The notes: generated by a model from the sequence alone, not told the origin. A DNA stretch of 64,000 nucleotides from an uncultured Sphingomonadaceae bacterium (GCA_964245925.1 CAXTPE010000001.1:263-64262), one strand, 5' to 3'; positions 8,541 through 19,622 are shown, counted from the first letter of the stretch. Numbers and translations: made by a program.

Positions 8541-10019
8541 TTAGGCCGCGGCGCCGGTCTCCGCAAGCATGTCCGCGGGCAGGTTCTCCGGCGGGAGCAG
8601 CTTGCCGGGATTCATGATGCCGGCCGGATCGAGCGCCCGCTTGATCGCGCGCATCGCCGCGAGCCGCACCGGATCGGCGAGCCGCAGGAAGTCGGCGAGC
8701 TTGGTCTGGCCGATGCCATGCTCGGCCGACAGCGTGCCGCCGGCCGCGGTGACGAGCTCGTGGACGAGGCCGGTCACCGCCGTCGCCTCTTCCGCGAACC
8801 AGGCGCGATCGTCGGCGCCGGCCGGCGCGCGCACGTTGAAGTGGACGTTGCCATCGCCGAGATGGCCGAAGGCGAGCACGCGCGCGCCGGGGAAGCGCGC
8901 CTCGACCGCCGATCGCGCCTCCGCCATGAAGCGCGGCATGTCGGACACCGGCACGGCGACGTCATGCTTGGCGGCCATGCCGTCGAGCCGCTCGGCCTCG
9001 GACATCTCCTCGCGCAGCTTCCAGAGCGAGTCGGCCTGCGCGTTGCTGGCGGCGATGGTGGCGTCGCCGGCGATGCCCGCCTCGATCGCGTCGACGATCC
9101 CGGCGCCGAGCGTGTCGGCGATCGGCGGCGCGGCGGCGGGCGCGGTCGCCTCGATCAGGATGTTCCAGGCATACGCCCGTTCCAGCGGCGCCCGCGTGCC
9201 CGGAATGTGCTTGAGTACCAGCGCGAGACCGTCGGCGGGAACCAGCTCGAAGCTCTCGATCGCCTCGCCGGTCGCCGCCTCCAGCCGACGCAGCAGCACC
9301 AGCGCGCTCGCCGGATCGGGCAGCCCCACCCAGGCGACCGCGCGCTGCCCCGCCGCCGGCACGAGCCGCAGGCTGGCGGCCGTCACCACGCCGAGCGTCC
9401 CCTCGGCGCCGACGAGAAGCTGGCGCAGGTCATAGCCGCGATTGTCCTTGCGAAGCGCCGACAACCCCCGGAAGATGCCGCCGTCCGGCAGCACCGCCTC
9501 GATCCCGAGCACCAGCGCGCGCATCGTCCCGAAGCGCAGCACCTGGGTGCCGCCGGCGTTGGTCGAGACGAGCCCGCCGACCGTCGCCGAGCCCTTGGCG
9601 GCGAGCGAGAGCGGGAAGCGCCGTCCGGCGTCCTCGGCGGCGGCGTGGACGTCGGAAAGGATCGCGCCCGCTTCCGCCTCGATGAGGTTGTCGTCCAGCG
9701 AGACGCGCCGGATCGCGTTCATCCGCCGGAGCGAGAGCAGGAGCTGCGATCCGTCGGCGGCGGGCGTCGCGCCGGCCACCATCGAGCTGTTGCCGCCTTG
9801 CGCGACGATGCCGACCCGCGCCGCCGCCGCCTGGGCGACGATGTACGCCACCTCGTCGACATCCGCCGGCGAGAGCAGCGCGGCGGCGGCGCCGTGGATT
9901 CGCCCGCGCCAGTCGGTCGTCCACGGCGCGAGCAGCACGGGATCGGCGGTGAAGCCGCGCGGACCCAGCCGCGCGGCGAGGCGCGCGAGGAACTGCGGAT
10001 CGGGGGGCTCGAGCGGCAT
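8541..10019 (-). CDS. FAD-linked oxidase (D-2-hydroxyacid dehydrogenase/GlcD-like)
   Basis: QGGNS, GGLVSTNAGG, KDNRGYDL, GAEGTLG, FGHLGDGNVH, SAEHGIG, MNPGK. Confidence 0.92.
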   Translation of the reverse strand: MPLEPPDPQFLARLAARLGPRGFTADPVLLAPWTTDWRGRIHGAAAALLSPADVDEVAYIVAQAAAARVGIVAQGGNSSMVAGATPAADGSQLLLSLRRMNAIRRVSLDDNLIEAEAGAILSDVHAAAEDAGRRFPLSLAAKGSATVGGLVSTNAGGTQVLRFGTMRALVLGIEAVLPDGGIFRGLSALRKDNRGYDLRQLLVGAEGTLGVVTAASLRLVPAAGQRAVAWVGLPDPASALVLLRRLEAATGEAIESFELVPADGLALVLKHIPGTRAPLERAYAWNILIEATAPAAAPPIADTLGAGIVDAIEAGIAGDATIAASNAQADSLWKLREEMSEAERLDGMAAKHDVAVPVSDMPRFMAEARSAVEARFPGARVLAFGHLGDGNVHFNVRAPAGADDRAWFAEEATAVTGLVHELVTAAGGTLSAEHGIGQTKLADFLRLADPVRLAAMRAIKRALDPAGIMNPGKLLPPENLPADMLAETGAAA

Positions 10020-10101
10020 CGCGGCGCTATAGCCGGAAGCCCGGCGCCAGCCAATTAATCGCGCGTTCAAGCGCCGGCGGGTTAGGCTCCGCGATGGATC
10101 G

Positions 10102-10542
10102 ATGGCGATGACCGGAGTCGTGCTCGTCGCCGTGCTGGCCGCCGCGGGCATCGGCGCCTCCGCCACGCCGTCCAAAGGCGGCATCCGCGGCGTGATCGTC
10201 ACCGAGCGCGTGATCGTCCGCGTGCCGCTGCCGCGCCGCGCGATGCCGCCGCCGGTCTCGCGCTGGCGCGAGACGCGGGGTCCGGCCTGCATCGCGATGG
10301 ACGCGGTGAGCGGCGCCGCGATCGAGGCGCCGGCGAGCGTCGATTTCATCCTGCGCGGCGGCGCGCGCGTTCGGGCCGTGCTCGACTCGGACTGCCCGGG
10401 GCTGGATTATTATTCGGGCTTCTACCTCGCGCCCGCCGCCGATCGCCGCATCTGCGCCGATCGCGACGCCGTCCACGACCGCTCCGGCGGCGCCTGCGAG
10501 ATCGACCGCTGCCGCGCGCTCAGGCCCGCCGGCGGCCGCTGA
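10102..10542 (+). CDS. Hypothetical exported Cys-containing protein
   Basis: Hydrophobic N-terminus, spaced cysteines (PACI, DCPGL, RICADRD, GACEID) and GC3-rich codons. Confidence 0.65.
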   Translation: MAMTGVVLVAVLAAAGIGASATPSKGGIRGVIVTERVIVRVPLPRRAMPPPVSRWRETRGPACIAMDAVSGAAIEAPASVDFILRGGARVRAVLDSDCPGLDYYSGFYLAPAADRRICADRDAVHDRSGGACEIDRCRALRPAGGR

Positions 10543-11108
10543 GCGGCCCGCTCTTCCGCCGTCCACTTGCAGGGCGGACGGCGGTATACGGAGCATGTCC
10601 ACAGGAAACCCCGGCAGGCTGGGTAGTGCCGCCGACCGATCAGGCCGCCGCCAGCAGGGCGGGCTGCACGTCGCGCGGCGAGCGCCCTCCGCGCTGCGGT
10701 GCATCGAACGTGAGCGCCGGAAGCACCCGGCGCAGTCGGTTCACCGTCTTAAGGAAAAAGTGCGTTCAAGCGGCTGCCGGTGCTCGATCTGTTCGGCAAT
10801 CTGGCCCGTCGGACGCATCAGTGGGTCGTTCCAGCGATCATTCGCTTGTCGTACCGCCTCCGAGCGCTCGCCAACGGCCCGCATGACCTCGGCGGCGATC
10901 GCATCCTGCTCTGGCCGCCCGACCATGGAAACGAGGGTCTTTCGCCATCGTCGTCGAACATGGCCGGATAGCTCAAGCCTTTGCTCCATTTTCTGAACTG
11001 CTCCAGCGCCCGCGAAGGCGAGGGAAGCCTGTAATCGGCACGTCCGATGTCGCGCACGGCGATACCGGGCACCCGATCGACCGCGGGCTTCGGCCGCGCC
11101 AGCCGGGT

Positions 11109-12398
11109 TCAGGCGAGCGCGGCGAGCGGGTGCTCCACCAGCCGCTTGAACGCCTGCATGCAGGCGGCGGCGTCCGCGCCGTCGACGGCGCGATGATCGA
11201 AGCTCCCGGTCGCGCTCATGATCGTCGCGAGCCCGAGCTGTCCGTCGACGACGTGCGGCCGCTGCTCGCCCGCGCCGATCGCCAGGATCATGGCTTGCGG
11301 CGGATTGATGATCGCCTCGAACTGCTTGATGCCATACATGCCGAGGTTCGAGAGGCTGGCGGTGCCGCCGGCATATTCGTGCGGCGCCAACCCGCCGGAT
11401 CGCGCTCGCGCCGCCAGATCCTTCATCTCGGTGGCGATCGCCGACAGCGACTTGGCGTCGGCCGACGTCACGACCGGCGTTATCAGCCCGCCCGGGACCG
11501 ACACCGCCACCGCGATGTCGCACCGCTTGAACCGGATCAGCGCCTCGCCGGTGAACTGCACGTTGCACGACGGCACTTCCATCAGCGCGGCCGCCTGCGC
11601 CTTCAGCAGCATGTCGTTGACCGAGAGCTTCACGCCGCGCCCGTCCAGGCTCCGGTTGAGCTCGGCGCGCAGCTTCAGCAGCGCGTCGATACCGATGTCG
11701 ACGGTCAGATAGATGTGCGGCACGGTCCGCTTGGCGTCTGTCAGGCGGAGCGCGATCGTCCGGCGCATGTTGGAAAGCTTGATCGCCTCGAAGGGCACGC
11801 CGGGGGGCGGCGCGGCGGCGGGAACGGGCGCCGCCGGATCGGGCGCCGGGGTTTCCGCCGACCGCGCCGCGCCAGGCGGAGGCCCGTCGAGATCCGCCCG
11901 CACGATGCGGCCATCGGGGCCGGAGCCGGCGATCGCCGAAAGATCGATGCCGCGCTGCCCGGCCAGCCGCCGCGCGAGCGGGCTCGCCTCGACGGCCGCG
12001 GTTGCCACGCGATTCGCGGCGGGGCGTTGCGGTGCCACCACGGAAGGCTCCGGCCGCGTCGCCGGCGCCGTCGTCGCAGGCGTGGGATCGGGCGCGGCGG
12101 ACGGGCCGGACACGTCCTCGGACCGATCCGGCAGATGGGCCGCCTCCGCCGTATCTCCTGCCTCGCCGAGCAGCATGATAACCGTGCCGACGGCGACGTC
12201 GTCGGTTCCTTCCGGGACGAGGATGCCGGCGACGACGCCGTCATCGATCGCCTCATATTCCATGGTCGCCTTGTCGGTCTCGATCTCGGCAAGCAGATCA
12301 CCGGACTTGACGGCGTCTCCTTCCTTGACGAGCCACCTGGACACGGTGCCCTTCTCCATCGTCGGCGACAGCGCCGGCATCCTGATCTCCTTTCCCAT
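11109..12398 (-). CDS. 2-oxoacid dehydrogenase E2 (dihydrolipoamide acyltransferase)
   Basis: Lipoyl domain [17 protein letters not shown]3-binding [17 protein letters not shown], catalytic FDHRAVDG. Confidence 0.95.
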   Translation of the reverse strand: MGKEIRMPALSPTMEKGTVSRWLVKEGDAVKSGDLLAEIETDKATMEYEAIDDGVVAGILVPEGTDDVAVGTVIMLLGEAGDTAEAAHLPDRSEDVSGPSAAPDPTPATTAPATRPEPSVVAPQRPAANRVATAAVEASPLARRLAGQRGIDLSAIAGSGPDGRIVRADLDGPPPGAARSAETPAPDPAAPVPAAAPPPGVPFEAIKLSNMRRTIALRLTDAKRTVPHIYLTVDIGIDALLKLRAELNRSLDGRGVKLSVNDMLLKAQAAALMEVPSCNVQFTGEALIRFKRCDIAVAVSVPGGLITPVVTSADAKSLSAIATEMKDLAARARSGGLAPHEYAGGTASLSNLGMYGIKQFEAIINPPQAMILAIGAGEQRPHVVDGQLGLATIMSATGSFDHRAVDGADAAACMQAFKRLVEHPLAALA

Positions 12399-12403
12399 CG
12401 CGG

Positions 12404-14743
12404 TCAGGCTTCCAGGAAGAGTTCGGCGGCGGCCTCGACGATGGCGTCCGCGTCGAGCCGGTAGGTTCGGTACAGGTCGGGCAGGTCGCCGGTCTGGCCG
12501 AAACGATCGAGCCCGAGCGCGCTGACCCGCATGCCGCGCACCGAGCCGAGCCAGGATAGCGTCGAGGGCGACCCGTCGATCACCGTCACGAGGCCGGCGT
12601 GCGACCCGAGCGCGCCGAGCAACGTCTCGACGTGGCTGGGGGCGGCGGGCCCGTCCTTCCAGCGGCCGGCCTGCCGCGCGCTCCAGCCGCGATGCAGCAG
12701 ATCGGGCGAAGTGACGGCGAGCAGGCCGAGGCCGGGGATGTCGTCGGCGAGGCTCTCCCAGGCGGCGATCACCTCGGGCACGATCGCGCCGGCATAGACG
12801 ATCGCGGCGTCGGTGCCGGCGCCCGGCGGCTTCAGCCAGTAGCCGCCCTTGAGAGCATCGGCCCGCCAGGAGTCATCCGGCCGCTCGACCTGCTCGATCG
12901 AGCGCGTCGTCAGCCGCAGATAGACCGAGCCGCCGGCATCCGCCTGCATATGCTCGAACGACCAGTGCATGAGCAGCGCCAGCTCGTCGACGAAGGCCGG
13001 CTCGAAATAGGTCAGCCCCGGCTGGCCCATGCCGATCAGCGGCGAGTTGATCGACTGGTGCGCGCCGCCCTCCGGCCCGAGCGTCACGCCCGATGGCGTC
13101 GCCACCAGCAGGAAGCGCGAATCCTGGTAGCAGGCGTAGTTGAGCGCATCGAGACCGCGCGCGATGAACGGATCATAGACCGTCCCGATCGGCAGCAGCC
13201 GCGTCCCGAAGATCGGCGCGGCGAGGCCGAGCGCCGCGAGCATCAGGAACAGGTTGTTCTCGGCGATGCCGAGCTCGATGTGCTGCCCGGCATCGTGCCC
13301 CGCCCACTTCTGCGCCGACGGGATCTTCGCCGCGTGGAACACGTCCTTGAGCTCGGCGCGGCGGAACAGCCCGCGCTGGTTGACCCAGGCGCCGAGGTTC
13401 GTCGAGACGGTGACATCCGGCGAGGTCGTGACGATCCGGTCGGCGATCGGCTCGCCGGATTTGGCGAGTTCGAGCAGGATCCGCCCGAACGCCGCCTGGG
13501 TGGACTGCTCCCTGCCCTCGGGCACCGGGATGACCGGCGGGACGGGAACGGCGGCCGCCGTCCGGGCGGCATGGCGCGGCGCCAGCGGCGACGCGTCGAC
13601 GAACGCGCGCAAGGCAGCGGCGGCATTGTCGCCGAGCCCGCCATAAGGCTCCCATTCCTCGCCCGGCGCGATGCCGAGCGTGGCGCGCAGCGCCTCGATC
13701 TGGGGCGGGTTCATCAGGCCCGAATGATTGTCCTTGTGGCCGGCGAACGGCAGCCCGTAGCCCTTCACGGTATAGGCGATGAACATCGTCGGCCGGTCGT
13801 CGTCGGCCTGGGCGAAGGCATCGACCAGCGTCTCGATGCAGTGCCCGCCGAGGTTGGTCATCAGCGCCGCCAGCCGCTCGTCGTCGTAGCCCGCGATCAG
13901 CGCCGCCGCGTCGGCGTCGTCACCGATGTCGGCGATCAGCCGCGCGCGCCACGCCGCGCCCCCCTGATAGGTGAGCGCCGCATAGTCCGCGTTCGGACAT
14001 AGATCGATCCACGCCGCGATCGCCTGGCCGCCCGGCCCGGAGAACGCCTCCTTCTGGAGCTTGCCGTGCTTCAGCGTCAGCACCCGCCACCCGCAGGTGC
14101 GGAAGATGTCGTCGAAGCGGTCGAACATCCGGTCGGCCGTCGTCGCGTCGAGCGACTGGCGATTATAGTCGACGATCCACCAGCAGTTGCGGATGTCGTG
14201 CTTGTAGCCCTCGATCAGGCATTCGTAGATATTGCCCTCGTCGAGCTCGGCATCGCCCATGAGCGCGATCATGCGCCCGGCATCCGGCGCGGCGAGGCGG
14301 CCGTGCGCGATCAGATAATCCTGGACGAGGCTGGCGAAGGCGGTGATCGCGACTCCCAGCCCCACCGAGCCGGTGGAGAAGTCGACCGGGATGCTGTCCT
14401 TCGTTCGCGAGGGATAGCTCTGCGCGCCGCCGAGGCCGCGAAAACGCCGGAGCTGGTCGACATCCTGATTGCCGAGCAGATAGTGGATGGCGTGCAGCAC
14501 CGGCCCGGCATGCGGCTTGACCGCCACCCTGTCCTGCGGCCGCAGCGCATGGAAGTAGAGCGCCGCCATGATCGCCGTCATCGACGCGCAGGACGCCTGG
14601 TGCCCGCCGACCTTCAGGCCGTCACGGCTTTCGCGGATCTGGTTGGCGTTGTGGATCGTCCACGACGACAGCCAGCGCAGCCGCGTATCCAGCGCCTCCA
14701 GCGACGAGATCAGGTCCGGTTCGATCGGTGAGCTTGCCAGCAT
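12404..14743 (-). CDS. Homodimeric AceE/MdeB-like 2-oxoacid dehydrogenase E1
   Basis: [21 protein letters not shown], ThDP motif [29 protein letters not shown]. Confidence 0.88.
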   Translation of the reverse strand: MLASSPIEPDLISSLEALDTRLRWLSSWTIHNANQIRESRDGLKVGGHQASCASMTAIMAALYFHALRPQDRVAVKPHAGPVLHAIHYLLGNQDVDQLRRFRGLGGAQSYPSRTKDSIPVDFSTGSVGLGVAITAFASLVQDYLIAHGRLAAPDAGRMIALMGDAELDEGNIYECLIEGYKHDIRNCWWIVDYNRQSLDATTADRMFDRFDDIFRTCGWRVLTLKHGKLQKEAFSGPGGQAIAAWIDLCPNADYAALTYQGGAAWRARLIADIGDDADAAALIAGYDDERLAALMTNLGGHCIETLVDAFAQADDDRPTMFIAYTVKGYGLPFAGHKDNHSGLMNPPQIEALRATLGIAPGEEWEPYGGLGDNAAAALRAFVDASPLAPRHAARTAAAVPVPPVIPVPEGREQSTQAAFGRILLELAKSGEPIADRIVTTSPDVTVSTNLGAWVNQRGLFRRAELKDVFHAAKIPSAQKWAGHDAGQHIELGIAENNLFLMLAALGLAAPIFGTRLLPIGTVYDPFIARGLDALNYACYQDSRFLLVATPSGVTLGPEGGAHQSINSPLIGMGQPGLTYFEPAFVDELALLMHWSFEHMQADAGGSVYLRLTTRSIEQVERPDDSWRADALKGGYWLKPPGAGTDAAIVYAGAIVPEVIAAWESLADDIPGLGLLAVTSPDLLHRGWSARQAGRWKDGPAAPSHVETLLGALGSHAGLVTVIDGSPSTLSWLGSVRGMRVSALGLDRFGQTGDLPDLYRTYRLDADAIVEAAAELFLEA

Positions 14744-14870
14744 CGGAGTCTCTCGAGTGCGTGTGTGTCCCAGCATAGTGAAGGATGCCAACGCAGTCCT
14801 TGCGTATCCTGCTTCTCAGATCTTGGACTTTGGCATATAATGCTGATAGTCGTCTTCCAGGGAGAGGACT

Positions 14871-15344
14871 ATGCCAGATTTCATGCTGGACGCTTATGAT
14901 CGCCGGATCGTCACGGAGCTTCAGCAGGACGGCCGCACGACCAATCAGGCCTTGGCCGAACGCATCGGCCTGTCGCCGAGCCCCTGTCTTCGCCGGGTAC
15001 GGCTGCTGGAGGAGGCGGGCGTCATCACGCGCTATGTCGGGCTGGTCGATCCGGACAAGATCGGCCTGACCGTCACCGCCTTCGTCCGCGTCCGGCTGGG
15101 CCAGCAGGGTGATCGCCACCTGGCCGCGTTCGAAGCGGCCATCGGCGGCTTCTCCGAGGTCATGGAATGCTATCTGATGACTGGCGAGAGCGACTATCAG
15201 CTCCGCATCCTCGTGAGATCGCTCAGCGAATTCGAGGATTTCCTGCGCCACAAGCTGACCCGGATCGACGGCGTGGCGCAGGTCACGACGAGCTTCGCGC
15301 TCCGGCCGATCGTCTACCGCACGGCGCTGCCGATCGGCGACTAG
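14871..15344 (+). CDS. Lrp/AsnC family transcriptional regulator
   Basis: LDAYDRRI..LQQDGR..LAERIGLSPSPCLRRVRLLEEAGVI, ECYLMTGESDY. Divergent from E1. Confidence 0.95.
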   Translation: MPDFMLDAYDRRIVTELQQDGRTTNQALAERIGLSPSPCLRRVRLLEEAGVITRYVGLVDPDKIGLTVTAFVRVRLGQQGDRHLAAFEAAIGGFSEVMECYLMTGESDYQLRILVRSLSEFEDFLRHKLTRIDGVAQVTTSFALRPIVYRTALPIGD

Positions 15345-15363
15345 CCCCGCGCCGGCGCGCTCC

Positions 15364-16257
15364 TCATCCGCCGAATGCATGGCTCGGGAGGCCGCGAACG
15401 CCGGGGCGGCAGCGATATGTCGCGCCGGCATGATCCTCGTGCGGCCTGCCGTCGTCGTCGATGAGCTGGTTGGCTGTCGTGATGTAGAGCTCGTCGAGGT
15501 CCGGTCCGCCGAAGTTGCAGCTCGTGACCCGCGCGAGCGGCAGGTCGATCGCGCCGATCGCGCGACCGTCGGGCGCGAATCGCCGCACCGCGCCGCCCAG
15601 GTACAGCGCGACCCACAGACATCCTTCCGCATCGACCGCCATGCCGTCGGGCAGACCGGCGGCTTTCGGAAAGCTGAGGAAGCGGCGGCGATTGGAGATC
15701 GTGCCGGCGGCGATGTCGTAGTCGAACGCGTCGATGCCGCGCGCGCCGCTATCGATGTAGTAGAAGATGCTCTCGTCCGGGCTCCAGCCCAGGCCGTTGG
15801 AAATCCACACGCCGTCGAGAAGCTTCGTCGACGTCAGATCGGGATCGATGCGGTACAGCCCGCCGGCCCCGCGCCGGAAATCCATCGAGAAGGTGCCGGA
15901 CCAGAGACGCCCGCGCGAATCGCATTTGGCGTCGTTCATCCGGTGTCCGGCGAGCTCGCGCTCGATCGGGGCCAACAGCCTGGTCGAGCCGTCGTCGGCG
16001 ACCGCCAGCAGACCGTCGCCGGCGGAGACGACGAGGCCGCCCCGGCGCCGCGGAATGGCCGCGCCGATCTTCGTGCCGACGTCGATGCTCGTCACGACGC
16101 CGGTCCGTCGATGAAGCCTGTAGATCCTGCCGATCGAGGAATCGACGAAGATCAGCGTATCGTCGACGTCGTGCCAGATCGGCCCCTCGCCGATGTCGGC
16201 GGCGACATCGGCGACGATCTCCAGCTCGACATTATACGCGCCGCCTGCCGGTTCCAT
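15364..16257 (-). CDS. SMP-30/gluconolactonase family protein
   Basis: GEGPIW, RMNDAKCDSRGR, ISNGLGWSPD, PDGMAVDAEG, FGGPDLDELYIT. Confidence 0.93.
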   Translation of the reverse strand: MEPAGGAYNVELEIVADVAADIGEGPIWHDVDDTLIFVDSSIGRIYRLHRRTGVVTSIDVGTKIGAAIPRRRGGLVVSAGDGLLAVADDGSTRLLAPIERELAGHRMNDAKCDSRGRLWSGTFSMDFRRGAGGLYRIDPDLTSTKLLDGVWISNGLGWSPDESIFYYIDSGARGIDAFDYDIAAGTISNRRRFLSFPKAAGLPDGMAVDAEGCLWVALYLGGAVRRFAPDGRAIGAIDLPLARVTSCNFGGPDLDELYITTANQLIDDDGRPHEDHAGATYRCRPGVRGLPSHAFGG

Positions 16258-16334
16258 TGTCCTGTCTTCCGTTGACGCCTGCTGCCCGTTTCCATCGTCG
16301 GATCGCGCGGCGCGTCGCGGCGATCGCGAACCCG

Positions 16335-16787
16335 TCAGGCGTCCCGGAACCTCGGGCCGGGAGGCGAATAGGACTCGCCCTGGACCATCTCGAAGAAATT
16401 GCCGTCGGGATCGATGACCCCCGCGTGCCTGTACCCGACGCCCCGCGCCGTGGTCACGTCCTCCAGCACCAGCCACGGCTTGAAGCCGGCATCGATCAGG
16501 CTGGCATAGAGGTCCGCGATATTGGTCACGCGCAGCGTGATATAGCGCAGCCCCGGCGCGAAGCCCTCGACCCGCGGACCGTCGGTGGCGTCGAAGAAGT
16601 GGGTCAGCTTGAGGATCGTGTTGCCGATCCGCAAGCCGCGAACATGCACGAAGTCCAGCCTGACCTCGCCATAGGGCTCGAAGCCGAGCAGATCGACGTA
16701 GAAATGCAGCATCGCCGTGATGTCGCGAACGATGATCCCCGTTTCCAGCGACGATACCGCGCGTTCGTCGATGATCGGCCGGACCAT
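16335..16787 (-). CDS. VOC/glyoxalase family protein
   Basis: GIIVRDI..FYVDLLGF, YITLRV, DPDGNFFEM. Only the 3' part of the long ORF 16335..17642 is coding. Confidence 0.8.
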   Translation of the reverse strand: MVRPIIDERAVSSLETGIIVRDITAMLHFYVDLLGFEPYGEVRLDFVHVRGLRIGNTILKLTHFFDATDGPRVEGFAPGLRYITLRVTNIADLYASLIDAGFKPWLVLEDVTTARGVGYRHAGVIDPDGNFFEMVQGESYSPPGPRFRDA

Positions 16788-16866
16788 TGCTGTTTCCTCC
16801 CTGCCCGTTCGCGAGCGCGCGCTCGTCGCTCTCGGTCGATGAGGATAGGGTCCGACCACCGCCTTA

Positions 16867-16884
16867 GTCAACGCAGCCGTTGAC
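16867..16884. promoter_or_regulatory. Palindromic operator, copy 1
   Basis: GTCAAC-GCAGCC-GTTGAC between the divergent VOC and DUF2889-like genes. Confidence 0.8.
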
Positions 16885-16934
16885 CCGCTGGCCGGCCGGC
16901 GCCTACGGCCGGCGCGGGAGAGAGGGCGACCGTC

Positions 16935-17624
16935 ATGATCCTGCGCGACGACAGCGTTCCGTTCTGGCGGGAGATCATGCTGCGCGCATCGGGCGACCGG
17001 GCCGATGCCGAGGTGGCGGACAATATCCATCATTTTTCCGTCGTGGTGCATCATGCGCGCGGCCGGGTGACGGCGGTGACCGGAGAAGCCGTGCGCGTTC
17101 CCTGGGTCACCTGCCCGGGCGCCATCGCGCGGCTCTCGGCGCTGGTGGGAAGCTCGGTCGAGGGCGGGAGAGGCGCAAGCGTCGATCAGGCGCAGCAATG
17201 CACGCATCTGCTCGATCTCGCCCGGCTGGCGATCGCGCAGATCGCGCGTGGCGGCATGCGGCGCTACCGCTGCTCGATCCGCTTCGATCCGCATCGGGAA
17301 GGCGCGGTGGCGACGCTGGAGCGCGACGGCGTCCTGTTCATGGAATGGCTGATAAGGGACGGCGTGGTGCTCTCGCCGGGTCCGTTCGAAGGCCATGACA
17401 CGCGGGTCCGCTCGACATGGTCCGACGCGGTGCTGGCGGATCCCGATCTGCGCGAAGCCGGGCTCGTGATGCGACGCTGCGCCTTTGTCTACCGCAGCCG
17501 AAGCTTTTCGGCGCCCCGGCAGAGCGCCGCCGACATCTCGGGCATGAGCGGCGTCTGCTATTCCTTCCAGCCGGGTCGCGCCGAACGGGCGTTTCGTCCG
17601 GCGGGATTCAGGGAGTTGCCATAG
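16935..17624 (+). CDS. DUF2889-like protein
   Basis: D..HHF, VPWVTCPGA, QQCTHLLDLA, GVCYSFQP. Confidence 0.7.
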   Translation: MILRDDSVPFWREIMLRASGDRADAEVADNIHHFSVVVHHARGRVTAVTGEAVRVPWVTCPGAIARLSALVGSSVEGGRGASVDQAQQCTHLLDLARLAIAQIARGGMRRYRCSIRFDPHREGAVATLERDGVLFMEWLIRDGVVLSPGPFEGHDTRVRSTWSDAVLADPDLREAGLVMRRCAFVYRSRSFSAPRQSAADISGMSGVCYSFQPGRAERAFRPAGFRELP

Positions 17625-17653
17625 CCGCAGGCGTCGAGCCACCCGGACGCCCT

Positions 17654-17671
17654 GTCAACGCGTACGTTGAC
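17654..17671. promoter_or_regulatory. Palindromic operator, copy 2, overlapping a likely -35 box
   Basis: GTCAAC-GCGTAC-GTTGAC followed after 16 nt by CATAAT (17688-17693), upstream of the FMO gene. Confidence 0.82.
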
Positions 17672-17753
17672 TAGATCGATGCCTTTGCATAATGCTTCGG
17701 GCGATCCGGGGGCGTGTCGCCGCGACATGCGCGCGGCAATTGAGAGGAAGCGC

Positions 17754-19622
17754 GTGGCCAACGACGTTCTAGAAGCCCAGATGTCGCGATCGCTTGGCGC
17801 CCGGGGTTTGTTCGATGCCTGGCTGAAGGAGCTGGCATCCGCCGTCGAAGCGCACGACAGCCGGACGTTCGCCTCGCTGTTCGTCGAAGACGGCTACTGG
17901 CGCGACATACTTTCCTTCTCGTGGGAACGGCCGACCTTTTCGGGGCGGCACGAGATCGCCGAAGGCTTCGCGGCAACGATCGAAGGAGCGGGCGCGCATG
18001 CGCTGCGGATCGCGACCGGGCGAACGCCGCCGCGTTTCGCGCGGCGATCCGGCCGGAACGTCATCGAAGGCTGGTTCGAGTTCGATCTCGACGTGGGCAC
18101 CGGCGCGGGGTTCGCCAGGCTGCGATATGACGCCGACGCGGACGGGAGCGGCGCCCCGGCCCAGCCGCGGGCCTGGCTGCTGCTCACCACGTTGCAGGAA
18201 CTGCGCGGCTTCGAGGAGAAGGTCGGGGCGAGGCGTCCGTCGGGCGAGCATTTCTCGAAGATCGAGAGTCCCGTGAGCTGGGCGCAACAACGCGCGCACG
18301 AGATGGCCTTTGCCGATCGCGACCCCGAGGTGCTCATCGTCGGCGCCGGTCAGGGCGGGTTGATCCTCGGCGCGCGGCTGCGCCAGATGGGGGTGGACGC
18401 GCTCATCATCGAGAAATCGGAGCGCGTCGGCGATGTCTGGCGCAATCGTTACAATAATCTCACGCTGCACAACAAGCTGACCGCGAACCACTTCCCCTAT
18501 CTCGAATTCCCCGAGACCTGGCCGATCTGGCTGCCCAAGGACATGCTGGGCGACTGGCTCGATTCCTATGCCAAGTTCATGGAACTCAACGTCTGGACCC
18601 GGACAGAGCTGGAATCCGGGCGGTTCGACGAGGCCGGGAAGCAGTGGACGATCACGCTGAAGCGGCCCGATGGAGTCACCCGCACGATGCGCGTGCCGCA
18701 TCTGGTGATCGCCACCGGCGTCTCGGGCGGCCTGCCGAAGAAGCCAGACATGCCGGGGCTCTCCGATTTCGCCGGCGAGATCCGGCACTCGGGCGAGTTC
18801 CGCGCGGGGACGGACTTCAAGGGCCGCAACGCGATCGTCGTCGGAACCGGCAACAGCGGGCACGACATCGCGCAGGATCTCTATGTCAGCGGCGCGAACT
18901 CGGTCTCCGTCATGCAGCGCGGCGCGACCTGCGTCCTCAGCCTCGAGCCCAGCGCCATCATCAGCTACTCGATCTATTCGGGCGATACGCCGGTCGAGGA
19001 TACCGACCTGATGGTCGCGGCGCTCCCCTACCCGATGCTGATCGACTCGTATAAGTGGATCACGAAGAAGACCAGCGAGTATGACAGGGAGTTGATCGAA
19101 AAGCTCAATGCCATCGGGTTCCAGACCCACAACGGCCATGACGAGACCGGCTTCCAGTTGCTCTATCTGCGCGGCGCGGGTGGCTATTATATCGATGTCG
19201 GCTGCGCGGAGCTGCTGATCGACGGCAGCATCGGTCTGGTGCAATATTCGGACATCGACGGTTTCGTCGCAGACGGCCTGAGGATGAAGGACGGCCGGGT
19301 CATTCCGCTCGACCTCGTCGTGCAGGCAACCGGCTTCGAGAGCATGACCGAGATGGTTCGCCGCCTGCTCGGTCACGCTGTCGCCGACCGGCTGGGTCCG
19401 GTCTGGGGTTTCGACGATGACGGCAATATCCGCAACATGTGGACGCGCACCCCGCAGGACGGGCTGTGGCTGATGGGCGGCGCCATCCTCGAGGCGCGGC
19501 TGAATTCGCGGTTCCTCGCATTGGAGATCAAGGCCTCGCTGGAGGGCCTGATCGCGACGCGCGAAGCCATGCCGCTGCGCGCGTCGGCGGCTACGCCCCG
19601 CCTCGAGGGCAGCATGGCCTGA
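17754..19622 (+). CDS. Flavin-containing monooxygenase (type II FMO-like, with N-terminal extension)
   Basis: GAGQGG, FAGEIRHSGEF (FxGxxxHxxxF), GTGNSG, ATGF. GTG start follows gagagg. Confidence 0.88.
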   Translation: MANDVLEAQMSRSLGARGLFDAWLKELASAVEAHDSRTFASLFVEDGYWRDILSFSWERPTFSGRHEIAEGFAATIEGAGAHALRIATGRTPPRFARRSGRNVIEGWFEFDLDVGTGAGFARLRYDADADGSGAPAQPRAWLLLTTLQELRGFEEKVGARRPSGEHFSKIESPVSWAQQRAHEMAFADRDPEVLIVGAGQGGLILGARLRQMGVDALIIEKSERVGDVWRNRYNNLTLHNKLTANHFPYLEFPETWPIWLPKDMLGDWLDSYAKFMELNVWTRTELESGRFDEAGKQWTITLKRPDGVTRTMRVPHLVIATGVSGGLPKKPDMPGLSDFAGEIRHSGEFRAGTDFKGRNAIVVGTGNSGHDIAQDLYVSGANSVSVMQRGATCVLSLEPSAIISYSIYSGDTPVEDTDLMVAALPYPMLIDSYKWITKKTSEYDRELIEKLNAIGFQTHNGHDETGFQLLYLRGAGGYYIDVGCAELLIDGSIGLVQYSDIDGFVADGLRMKDGRVIPLDLVVQATGFESMTEMVRRLLGHAVADRLGPVWGFDDDGNIRNMWTRTPQDGLWLMGGAILEARLNSRFLALEIKASLEGLIATREAMPLRASAATPRLEGSMA

